In this document: positions 19,037 through 26,867 of the stretch, piece after piece | How the letters are laid out: the number at the start of each line of letters is the position of its first letter | How positions within the stretch are numbered: the stretch's first letter is position 1 | Assembly (NCBI GenBank): GCA_964351525.1 | Contig: CAYGOD010000001.1 | Span: forward strand, 78,534 to 142,533 | Reading direction: 5' to 3' | Length of the DNA stretch: 64,000 nt | Source of the DNA: an uncultured Bdellovibrionales bacterium | GTDB taxonomy: Bacteria; Pseudomonadota; Alphaproteobacteria; Micavibrionales; GCA-2720935 | Position numbers and translations under genes: made by a program | Notes under the pieces: model-generated | Database searches by the model: none | Seen by the model: only the letters and a program-made list of their open reading frames with translations | Told to the model about the DNA's origin: nothing

Positions 19037-20260
19037 TTATTCCTTTGTGTTTGCAAGACTTTGACCAACTAAGCTTTCAAGCTCAATTCGCGCCTCGATA
19101 GAATTTAGGTATACTTGTAAGGCTTCGCTTTGCACATCCGTAATCCTTTCACGCATTTGAAAAAGATCGAGGATTGAAGCCTGTCCATTTTCAAATTTCT
19201 TATCAGTAATGGATTGCACATCATCCCAAGATGGAACGATTTTATTGCGATATGTAGAGGCCGAGATTTGCGTGGCCTTGGCTTGATCATAAGATGCTGC
19301 CAAAACATTCACAAAGTTTTGCTCATTCAGGGCATTAAGATTACTTTGTGCCAAACGGCGTTCTGCATTAGCTCTAGAAAGTTCGGCGTTATTTCGATCC
19401 CATATCGGAATGGCTATATTTACACCGAATAAAATTGCGGTGCTGTTTTCGTCAAGATCGCGCTCTATAACTGCACGAGGCGCAAACTCTGGAAAACCTG
19501 CATCTTGCCGCGCCACATTGTAGCGTCTTTCTGCAAGGGCTTTGCGGCTTTCCAAAAGACTTCGGATTGATCCCTCATTACCCGCGAGAGATGTTAAGGC
19601 CGTTAGATCAGGAATTTCAGGGCTTTTAGGCCGCTTAACATCAAAGCTCGTTTGATCCATGCCAGCCATCCGTAAAAGATTTGTCGCACCGTTTGTCTTT
19701 CTGGAGCGAATAACACGAAGTTGCTCTTCCAAACGGAGCGCTTCGGCTTTAAAGATTTTGGCATCTGCCGCATCAACACGTCCATCCTTTGCTGCACGCT
19801 CAATCAGCTTTTGCTTCTTACGTGCATAGCTAGCGTTTTCAGATAAAAGCTTTTCTTGTTCCTGCAAAGCCCAATAAGAAGAATAGCCACGCGTAATAGA
19901 GTGAATAAGTTCCAACATCTGAGCTTTCTGCTCAATACTAGCTGTTCTGCGTAGTGCGTTGGCGTATGAACCGCGCGACCCAAAATTGGAAAGCCTCATT
20001 GGCTGCTCTATCTCAATACCTACAGAACGCGAAGTACCGTCTTCAATCGCTGTAATATTGATTTCTGCTGTAGGGTTACTAAGCGTTTCAATTTCAAACG
20101 CCTCGGCATCAGCGTCTGCAAAATCATTTAAGATACGTGCAGTTTCTGGGCTGTTTTGAAGAGCTTGTTTAATAACTGTTTCTAGTGAAAGCGTTCCTGC
20201 TTTTGCTGCTTGAGTAGGCGCAAACAAAGCAACCAGCAAAATTATATATAAATATTTCAT
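19037..20260 (-). CDS. czcC: TolC-family outer membrane factor
   Basis: Signal peptide MKYLYIILLVALFAPTQAAKA and two coiled-coil/beta repeats typical of OMF proteins. The ATG at 20260 is preferred over the track start at 20332. Confidence 0.8.
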   Translation of the reverse strand: MKYLYIILLVALFAPTQAAKAGTLSLETVIKQALQNSPETARILNDFADADAEAFEIETLSNPTAEINITAIEDGTSRSVGIEIEQPMRLSNFGSRGSYANALRRTASIEQKAQMLELIHSITRGYSSYWALQEQEKLLSENASYARKKQKLIERAAKDGRVDAADAKIFKAEALRLEEQLRVIRSRKTNGATNLLRMAGMDQTSFDVKRPKSPEIPDLTALTSLAGNEGSIRSLLESRKALAERRYNVARQDAGFPEFAPRAVIERDLDENSTAILFGVNIAIPIWDRNNAELSRANAERRLAQSNLNALNEQNFVNVLAASYDQAKATQISASTYRNKIVPSWDDVQSITDKKFENGQASILDLFQMRERITDVQSEALQVYLNSIEARIELESLVGQSLANTKE

Positions 20261-20346
20261 TGTTATTTCCGTTTTTAAATGTTCATAGAAAAACGCAGCC
20301 CTAAACAGAGCTGACGCAAAATGCAGGCACAATTAGCCTGCGAACA

Positions 20347-20691
20347 TTAAATACGGGGTGGGCGACGCAATGCCGAGTGCTTGAAAGAATTATGATTATC
20401 AGAAGAAACTAAAATAAACGGCACGTTGACATTCATAGGTGTTTTTAAAGGGGCATTAAAAGTTGTAATTGTTTGAGAATGAACACAGCAACAATCAGTA
20501 CATGAACCTTGCTCTTGATTTTCATCCTGATTGTGGCTCTGCCCTGAGTGGCAAGGTTCGCTATCTGTTTTGTTGTGTTGCTCCATTTGATAATGATCAC
20601 ATGCATGGTCAGCAACATAAGCATGTGCTAAATCGGAAAAACCTCCGACAACGAACATAAATAAAAATATGCATAAGGTGAAAACTTTCAT
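20347..20691 (-). CDS. Small secreted Cys/His-rich protein (first gene of the czc-type operon)
   Basis: Signal peptide followed by a mature part rich in His, Cys, Asp and Gln (DHACDH, CHSGQSH, SCTDCCCVH). It occupies the position of small czcI-like periplasmic proteins, but no homology was established. Confidence 0.4.
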   Translation of the reverse strand: MKVFTLCIFLFMFVVGGFSDLAHAYVADHACDHYQMEQHNKTDSEPCHSGQSHNQDENQEQGSCTDCCCVHSQTITTFNAPLKTPMNVNVPFILVSSDNHNSFKHSALRRPPRI

Positions 20692-20775
20692 GATTCGAGG
20701 ATAGGCTCTTTTTCTGCTTAATCAAGAAAATAATTTAATAAGCTAACTACGAGGAGAAATTTTACAAAGATTAGC

Positions 20776-21180
20776 TTATTTATCTTTATTTTGATCGTCT
20801 ACCCCATATATCGGAGGCATAGGCTCAACTGGCCCATAAGGCGGTCTAATGATAATAGTAGGTCTCTGCATTGATTGCTCAACGGGAGAGGCTTTTTCAA
20901 GATATTGCATTACAGTTTTTAAAGCCTGCATATTGCCTTTCAAGCTCTCGCTGTAAAGCTTGTTAATAAGGGCTTCCTTTAGTTCTATCTGTTCTTTCCT
21001 TCCACCTTTGTTAATTGTGACAAGTTGTTTGGACACTTCGAGAAAAGTATCCCAAAATTTCTTTTCTTTTTGTGCATTAGTTGGGCGCCCATTTTGATTG
21101 CCAGATTGTCCTTTTTGAAACTGCGTTGATTTTGGCGGTCTGCCGTAGCCCACTTCATAGTCATCGTTATTATCCGTCAT
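20776..21180 (-). CDS. DUF5681-like protein
   Basis: The motif GYGRPPKSTQFQKGQSGNQNGRP matches the remembered DUF5681 N-terminal signature. The ATG at 21180 overlaps the upstream gene's end by 11 nt. Confidence 0.55.
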   Translation of the reverse strand: MTDNNDDYEVGYGRPPKSTQFQKGQSGNQNGRPTNAQKEKKFWDTFLEVSKQLVTINKGGRKEQIELKEALINKLYSESLKGNMQALKTVMQYLEKASPVEQSMQRPTIIIRPPYGPVEPMPPIYGVDDQNKDK

Positions 21181-22483
21181 GGTGCTCTCCCTTCTTTTGA
21201 TCAAAGGTTTGTCCATCTTCGTGAACTGCAACTTTTAAAGTTTCTTCCTTGTAGCGTTGGATGATCACATCGACATATTTAGGATCAAGCTCGATTAATC
21301 TCGCCTTACGCCCAGCTCGTTCAGCAGCGATTAATGAGCTGCCACTGCCGCCAAATACATCGAGAACAATATCACCACGTTTAGTGCAATCGAGGATAGC
21401 ATCTTCAATCATGATAACTGGTTTCACTGTAGGATGAAGCTCAAGATCTTTGTTGTTTTGGAATGTATTCACACCTGCATAGTCCCACACATTGGTGCGA
21501 TAACGCCCATGCTTGCCAAGTTCTACATTGTTGATATGAGGTTCTGTTCCATTTTTATAAACAAACACCAATTCATGTTTAGATCGGTATAGCGAACCCA
21601 TACCGCCATTGGTTTTGTTCCATATGCATAAATTCTTGAAATCATCATAAATCTCGCCGGCCTTGGTGATTTCTTTGATGTGACGCCAATCCATACAGAT
21701 ATAATGGAGTGAACCATTAATGGAATATTCCTTGAGATTCTGAAATGCGGTTTTCAAGAACCGTGTGAATTCTTCTTCTGACATCTCACCCGATGCCATT
21801 TTGAATTCATCATGTTTGACTTTGCCATTCCCACAAATGTGACCGTTTACAGGCACATTATAGGGTGGGTCTGTAAAAATGGCTTGGGCCCGTTCAGATT
21901 CCATCAAGCGTTCGTAAGATTCTGACTTGGTGGCATCACCACAATACAAAATATGTTCTCCCAGATACCACAGATCGCCTAATTGACTCACTGGGTTATT
22001 TGGAAGATTCAGAATTGATGGTTCTTCTGGCGATGCTTGATTACCCATCATAAAACCATCAATCTCAGCAATTTCAAAGCCAGTGAGCGTTAAATCAAGG
22101 TCGAGATCAAGGTCAGCAATGGTCTGAATTTCTGACTGTAGGATTTCAAAGTCCCAGCCAGCGTTTTCAGCGAGTTTATTATCAGCGATGATATAGGCGC
22201 GCTTCTGCGCTTCGGTTAAATGCCTCAGATAGATAATAGGTACTTGATGAATTCCAACAAGCTTAGCCGCTTCAAGGCGTCCATGACCAGCAATAATAGT
22301 ATGATCTGCATCAATCAGAATGGGGTTGGTAAACCCAAACTCGTGCATACTATCGGCGATTTGCTGAATTTGCTTTTTTGAATGCGTACGTGCATTGCTT
22401 TTAAAGGGTTTAAGGTCACTAGATTTTAAATAATGGATTTGTAAGTTTTGCCCAAGATGGGCAAAAGCATCTGCTTTTTGCAT
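21170..22483 (-). CDS. ParB-like N-terminal domain fused to N6/N4 DNA methyltransferase
   Basis: ParB-N blocks (NARTHSKKQIQQIADSMHEFGFTNPILID, IIAGHGRLEAA). Methyltransferase motif IV IFTDPPYNV and AdoMet motif VLDVFGGSGSSLIAAE. Confidence 0.85.
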   Translation of the reverse strand: MQKADAFAHLGQNLQIHYLKSSDLKPFKSNARTHSKKQIQQIADSMHEFGFTNPILIDADHTIIAGHGRLEAAKLVGIHQVPIIYLRHLTEAQKRAYIIADNKLAENAGWDFEILQSEIQTIADLDLDLDLTLTGFEIAEIDGFMMGNQASPEEPSILNLPNNPVSQLGDLWYLGEHILYCGDATKSESYERLMESERAQAIFTDPPYNVPVNGHICGNGKVKHDEFKMASGEMSEEEFTRFLKTAFQNLKEYSINGSLHYICMDWRHIKEITKAGEIYDDFKNLCIWNKTNGGMGSLYRSKHELVFVYKNGTEPHINNVELGKHGRYRTNVWDYAGVNTFQNNKDLELHPTVKPVIMIEDAILDCTKRGDIVLDVFGGSGSSLIAAERAGRKARLIELDPKYVDVIIQRYKEETLKVAVHEDGQTFDQKKGEHHDG

Positions 22484-22661
22484 GATAAGTCTCCTAGGAA
22501 AAATAGTTTTCCATTTTAATGTTTAAGGGGATGACCAAGAGGTGCCTTAGGCTCTCAAGGATGGTCCCCTTGGGACTCATCAATGTCTGAAAATAAAAAC
22601 GTCGTTAACGCTTTCAAAGTATATTTTATTCTAAATAAATCCTGCAGTCAATAAATTGATC

Positions 22662-23153
22662 TTATGATTTACAAAGCTCGTTCCATATTTTTGCAAAATC
22701 ATCAACTTCATCTTCAAAAAAAGTAAGTTCTGGCGATCCGGACACAAAGTATTTATAACCAACATACCCGCCATATGCATTTTTTGAATTGACCTGACCG
22801 CAGACTACATGCGTGCCACTAGCTTTACTATAAAACACATTTTTAAACTGTGCAGATGATGCATCTTTTAATCGTGATCGCACATAATCTTTTGTATTCC
22901 AAATGAAGATATCCTGTTTGTTTTTATCAAGCAGATAATCCTGTTTCTCTTGAGTAGAGGCTGCTTTATATTCATCTTCGTGCAGTTTTGCCGAAATGCT
23001 CCCAAAGACAAGAAGTACAATAAAAACCGAGAGCAACCCTAGAGCTATTTTTGAGATAATTGAAACAGGATCACGTTTCTCTGCACAATTGATGCACGTA
23101 ATAGTACTTTTACTAACGCCTTGATTACATTTCTTACATTTGGGTAATGCCAT
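22662..23153 (-). CDS. Zinc-ribbon / single-TM protein with extracytoplasmic domain, unknown function
   Basis: MALPKCKKCNQGVSKSTITCINC (CxxC…CxxC), then a TM helix, then a domain of about 100 aa. The ATG at 23153 has a GGGAG SD 8 nt upstream. The track's longer start runs into the structured element. Confidence 0.5.
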   Translation of the reverse strand: MALPKCKKCNQGVSKSTITCINCAEKRDPVSIISKIALGLLSVFIVLLVFGSISAKLHEDEYKAASTQEKQDYLLDKNKQDIFIWNTKDYVRSRLKDASSAQFKNVFYSKASGTHVVCGQVNSKNAYGGYVGYKYFVSGSPELTFFEDEVDDFAKIWNELCKS

Positions 23154-23170
23154 CTTACAACTCCCGTTAA

Positions 23171-23380
23171 TGTTAAAAGTCACCAGGCGCTTATCGCTCT
23201 GGTGACCGGGAGTTTGTAAGTTGCAATTACACAACCGCGACGATCTTTAGACCGGGGTCTTGGACATACATCGCCGCCTCCCGATCGTAAGAGATCGAAA
23301 GGCGACATCATGACGGCGATATCAGCCGGTAATTGCAGGGTTACAAAGCCCCGGCGAATACGCAAAACCGTATTCACAGC
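23171..23380 (-). ncRNA. Candidate structured RNA or cis-regulatory leader (four-way junction + intrinsic terminator), family not recognised
   Basis: A locally GC-rich island in AT-rich DNA. A 21-bp interrupted closing helix (23329-23354 with 23206-23231) encloses three hairpins, including a 12-bp helix at 23275-23304. There is a 5' hairpin at 23356-23375. The 3' hairpin GTCACCAG/CTGGTGAC is followed by UUUU on the minus strand. Several G-U pairs exist only in the minus-sense transcript. Confidence 0.45.
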
Positions 23381-23408
23381 CATACGTTATCTCTAATAGC
23401 ATTTTGTA

Positions 23409-24158
23409 TCAAGGAGAAAGATAGTTTTGGAAAAGATCGTAAAAGCCTATAACCGCTTGGGTTAAAGCATATGATGTTGTTATTAAAACTGCTAATCCGC
23501 CAACGAAACTGATAATGTTTTTTATTTTTGGAGCCGTTCGGTCCCAAAATGCAGTTTTAGGGCTTCCCAATATTAGAAGATGCCTTTTATTTTTTGATAA
23601 CCACCAATCGTGCGCGTAATGTTCTTCGTATACTTGAAACAAGCTGCTTTTGCTTAGCACTCTCTCGTTTATCGTGAGCGTAGAATTTTTTTCGTAAGAA
23701 AACCCATTACTTTTTCCTGACCATACACCACTAATATTGGAGATGTAATATAGAGCATCTAATAAGCTTGCCCCTTCGTATTTTGACTGCGCGATAATTT
23801 CTTCAACCGTAACGCCTTCTTTAAGTTTACTTGGATACATTTCTTTCAAAATATTAAAACACTCCTCCATAACCTCAATAAGGTTTTCCGATTTTTTAGA
23901 CTTTATAAGTGGAGGGGCATACGGTGAAAATCGATAAAAATTATGAGATTTATCATGTTCAATCCATCGTTCTGTATGATCTAGTTGATCTAGAGTATCC
24001 ATTTCGTCGGCATGTTGGGCGCGATATTTACTTTTATCAACTTGCGGCGGGATTCCTTGTAATGCGCTAAAAACATTTCGAAGGCACTGAACTTTCTCAG
24101 GACCTAAAACTTTAATCGCTTTTTTAATTTGCGTCTGATAGGTTTTTCTTACACTCAA
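23409..24158 (-). CDS. Hypothetical protein with C-terminal TM anchor
   Basis: A 249-aa ORF with a C-terminal hydrophobic helix (IISFVGGLAVLITTSYALTQAVIGF). No domain recognised. Confidence 0.5.
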   Translation of the reverse strand: MSVRKTYQTQIKKAIKVLGPEKVQCLRNVFSALQGIPPQVDKSKYRAQHADEMDTLDQLDHTERWIEHDKSHNFYRFSPYAPPLIKSKKSENLIEVMEECFNILKEMYPSKLKEGVTVEEIIAQSKYEGASLLDALYYISNISGVWSGKSNGFSYEKNSTLTINERVLSKSSLFQVYEEHYAHDWWLSKNKRHLLILGSPKTAFWDRTAPKIKNIISFVGGLAVLITTSYALTQAVIGFYDLFQNYLSP

Positions 24159-24170
24159 TATTTTGTCCTA

Positions 24171-24554
24171 TTAAACCGACCAACGAGCTTCTTGTTCTTC
24201 ATCTTCATCTTCATCTTCATCTTTAGCAGCGTCCTTTCGCAATCCTAACTGCTGAATCATTGTTTGTGTCCAGAATCGAACTTGTTTGATTGGATGGTCT
24301 TCTAGATCTTTAAGTGGGAGCTCATAGAGCGCGTAATATGTTGTTCTGGATCCGCTCCATCCATAAGTTCCGATATTTCTTGCAATACCATCTAGAACAT
24401 CTTTTCTGTCACCAAAACTATCGAGCAATCTGCGCATGATAGGATGAAGTGTTCTTACAGCATCTTCAGGGTTTTGAGATGTTAAAACTGGCACAACAAC
24501 AGCAACAAAAGCTGGAGCAACATCCGGGTGACCATTTTGGTCACAAATAAACAA
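24171..24554 (-). CDS. Hypothetical protein, possibly a 5'-truncated remnant
   Basis: A 127-aa ORF with only a TTG start and no visible SD. It has an acidic DEDEDEDEEQE tail and reads like the C-terminal piece of a larger helical-repeat protein. Confidence 0.3.
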   Translation of the reverse strand: MFICDQNGHPDVAPAFVAVVVPVLTSQNPEDAVRTLHPIMRRLLDSFGDRKDVLDGIARNIGTYGWSGSRTTYYALYELPLKDLEDHPIKQVRFWTQTMIQQLGLRKDAAKDEDEDEDEEQEARWSV

Positions 24555-24680
24555 TGGGGTTTGCTTTATTTACGGCTCTGCGTAAAGTAGTTTTATGGCC
24601 GATTTCACGGTTGCACAAAAAATGATTGATAGAATCAATTATGCCTTACAGAATATATTATACATTACGTAGATATTTTC

Positions 24681-25210
24681 TTTCCCTGATATTTCCCTGT
24701 TAATTGTTGGTCATATAACGGTGCCTTTGTCGTAACTTATTGTTTTGCAATAGGTTACAAGCTCTTAAATGTCCGTACTATTAAATATTACTAAAATTTT
24801 CCCTGTAAATTCCCTGTTTAACAGGGAATTTGCTATGATCGTTTAGTGCTATTGAAAAGCACTACACCGCCATACAGTCTTGCGTTTTTCCAAAAATAGA
24901 TATTTATCGTCCATGCCCGCGCTGTTTGCGGGCTTTCTAATATACGTCTTTAAAAGCCCTCATTGAGAATTGCTGAATAAAGCCAAATTATACCCATTCT
25001 CTCTTGGCCCTATATAGGCGAGGGCTCTTGCACAGTGTTTCAGGGTTTTAACACATTCAAATGACTTCTTAATTCCCTGCTAACAGGGAATTTTACAGGG
25101 AATTTTCTATTTTTCTAAAGCAAAAAAGCACCATAATGAAGCTGTTAGCAGTGTGAGCCTGGTTTCATGATGAATGACTCATTATATAATGCCAAATTAA
25201 CAGGGAATTT
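24681..25210. repeat. Array of nine A(A/T)TTCCCTGT(T/A)A motifs in both orientations (iteron/operator-like)
   Basis: Forward copies lie near 24682, 24693, 24799, 24810 and 25073. Reverse copies lie near 24821, 25083, 25095 and 25199. There is a perfect 25-bp palindrome AAATTCCCTGTT-T-AACAGGGAATTT at 24807-24831 and a second palindrome at 25071-25092. Tandem copies are spaced 11 bp apart. Confidence 0.8.
24915..24938 (+). terminator. Intrinsic-terminator-like hairpin inside the non-coding stretch
   Basis: GCCCGC-gctgttt-GCGGGC followed by TTTCT. No ORF lies upstream of it. Confidence 0.35.
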
Positions 25211-26723
25211 AAAGACGAATTAGTGTTTCAAAACTATCAATGATTGATTGATGTATATGATTTTTACTATGTGAGCCTTGCTTTGCAATATCAACCAAGC
25301 TTTCACCGTCGAAATGACGCGCTCTCCAAGAGATGCCCTTTACTACCCGTTTTAATAAATCTGCGTTCTCGTGACTAAATAGATCAAGTTTTTCTTGGTT
25401 GTCTGGTTTCTTTAATATGATAGCGTTTCTAGATTGTGTAAAAATATAATCGTATATGATGCATTCTGTTTCTGCGTATTTATCTTCATGACTCAAAACA
25501 TCTTTCCAAGAATAAGAAACTTTAATGTGAGAATGGCTTAGTGTTACACGTTGAATGTATCTCTGAATAACATCGGTATGTGTGTGGGGTCTCATATTGT
25601 CTGATGAAGAACTAAAAGCTAGTTTATCTATTGATACTTTGCTTAATTGTTCTTTGAGTTTTTCAGTTATAAAATCTTCAATTTGTTTTGCTGTGATGCG
25701 CGCGATAAGACCTTTGGGGTGATCTTTATATTGAAGTAGGTTCTGAGATATATAATAGCGATATTGCTTGGTCTTACCGTTCTTGGTTTTTTTAACAGTA
25801 TATGTTGGGCTGTACGGTGTACCATCAGGATCAAAGAGCAAGCCTTGTAACATATATTTAGATTGTGTCGTTTGCTTTCTAGCCGTAGCGTTCTCTGTTA
25901 ATAGTGTCTGTGCTTTGTTCCATGTTTCTTCATCAATGATTGCGTTGTGCAGACCCTCATAGATTTTATCTTTATGTGTTATCTTGCCGATATAAGCTTG
26001 GTTCTTCAAAATCTTATAAAGGCTTCCTCTGCTATAATATTTGTTACCATGCGTTCGTCCTTTCTGTGATGTCCGTATGGGGCTTTTTATGTTGTCTTGT
26101 TCGAGTGATGCCTTTAGCTCTTTGACTGATCTATATTCGAGATACCGTTTAAATATAAGTTCAGCTATTGGTGCCTCATCTTTATTAATCGCTAACTGCC
26201 TATTATCGATTGAATAACCAAGTGGTGCGGATCCACCCATCCACATGCCCTTAGCTTTACTTGCAGCAATTTTATCTCTGATACGCTCGCCTGTGACTTC
26301 ACGTTCAAATTGAGCAAAGGACAGTAAGACGTTAAGCGTTAATCGTCCCATCGATGTTGTTGTGTTAAAGCTTTGTGTGACGCTGACAAAGGTAACGCCG
26401 TATTCGTCAAAGACTTCTACCAGTTTTGAAAAGTCGGCCAATGACCGTGTTAGTCTATCAATCTTATATACAACTACGATGTTAGCCTTATAGGTCTTAA
26501 TGTCTTCTATAAGCCGATCTAAGGCTGGTCGCTCTAATGATCCCCCCGAATACCCACCGTCATCATAATGGACCTTGCTGGGTGACCAGCCTTCAGATTT
26601 TTGGCTTAAGATATAAGCCTCACATGCCTCACGTTGTGCGTCCAATGTATTGAAGGTCATGTCAAGGCGTTCATCTGTCGATTTACGGGTATATATGGCA
26701 CATATTTTTTTAGCATTCGTCAT
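25209..26723 (-). CDS. Large serine recombinase (paralogue of 9572-11170)
   Basis: Contains CAIYTRKST, LDAQRE, DGGYSG, VVVYKIDRLTRSL and SFAQFERE. The N-terminal ~200 aa are clearly alignable by eye with the first recombinase; the C-terminus differs. Confidence 0.9.
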   Translation of the reverse strand: MTNAKKICAIYTRKSTDERLDMTFNTLDAQREACEAYILSQKSEGWSPSKVHYDDGGYSGGSLERPALDRLIEDIKTYKANIVVVYKIDRLTRSLADFSKLVEVFDEYGVTFVSVTQSFNTTTSMGRLTLNVLLSFAQFEREVTGERIRDKIAASKAKGMWMGGSAPLGYSIDNRQLAINKDEAPIAELIFKRYLEYRSVKELKASLEQDNIKSPIRTSQKGRTHGNKYYSRGSLYKILKNQAYIGKITHKDKIYEGLHNAIIDEETWNKAQTLLTENATARKQTTQSKYMLQGLLFDPDGTPYSPTYTVKKTKNGKTKQYRYYISQNLLQYKDHPKGLIARITAKQIEDFITEKLKEQLSKVSIDKLAFSSSSDNMRPHTHTDVIQRYIQRVTLSHSHIKVSYSWKDVLSHEDKYAETECIIYDYIFTQSRNAIILKKPDNQEKLDLFSHENADLLKRVVKGISWRARHFDGESLVDIAKQGSHSKNHIHQSIIDSFETLIRL

Positions 26724-26733
26724 GCTTACAGTA

Positions 26734-26760
26734 ACGCTTGGCGTGACCGCTAAGTCCAGT
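26734..26760 (-). promoter_or_regulatory. 27-nt conserved leader box, copy C
   Basis: Sequence ACGCTT-GGCGTGACCGCT-AAGTCCAGT, lying 10 nt from the recombinase ATG. Its central 12 nt differ from copies A and B but can still form a hairpin. Confidence 0.5.
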
Positions 26761-26867
26761 CATATAGCTATAAATCGCCACATTTTTTTTTGCATAACAA
26801 TTGACAGCCTGCTTGAAAGCTTTTAATCATGATAATATCAAACATAAAATAAAGAGGACTTAAAATC

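Noticed and set aside
22525-22571. Imperfect inverted repeat AAGGGGA…TCCCCTT between the zinc-ribbon gene and the methylase gene
   Set aside because: Only the outer 7-8 bp pair, the interior does not, and no U-run follows on either strand. Not enough to call a terminator or RNA element.
23330-23375. Plus-strand similarity of GGGTTACAAAGCCCCGG to the GGGACGCAAAGCCTCCGG core of c-di-GMP-I (GEMM) riboswitches
   Set aside because: Only this short stretch matches, the rest of the GEMM consensus is absent, and the wobble pairs and terminator support the minus strand. No plus-strand gene lies downstream.
23171-23380. Retron msr/msd interpretation of the long terminal inverted repeats
   Set aside because: No reverse transcriptase gene lies downstream or anywhere in the window. 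The inverted repeats close a multi-helix junction rather than flanking msr and msd stems with a branching G context.
23180-23383. 67-aa ORF in the six-frame track (MAVNTVLRIRRGF…)
   Set aside because: It lies entirely inside the GC-rich, heavily base-paired element and has no SD. Its Arg/Gly/Pro-rich composition looks like a by-product of GC-rich structure, so it is treated as non-coding.
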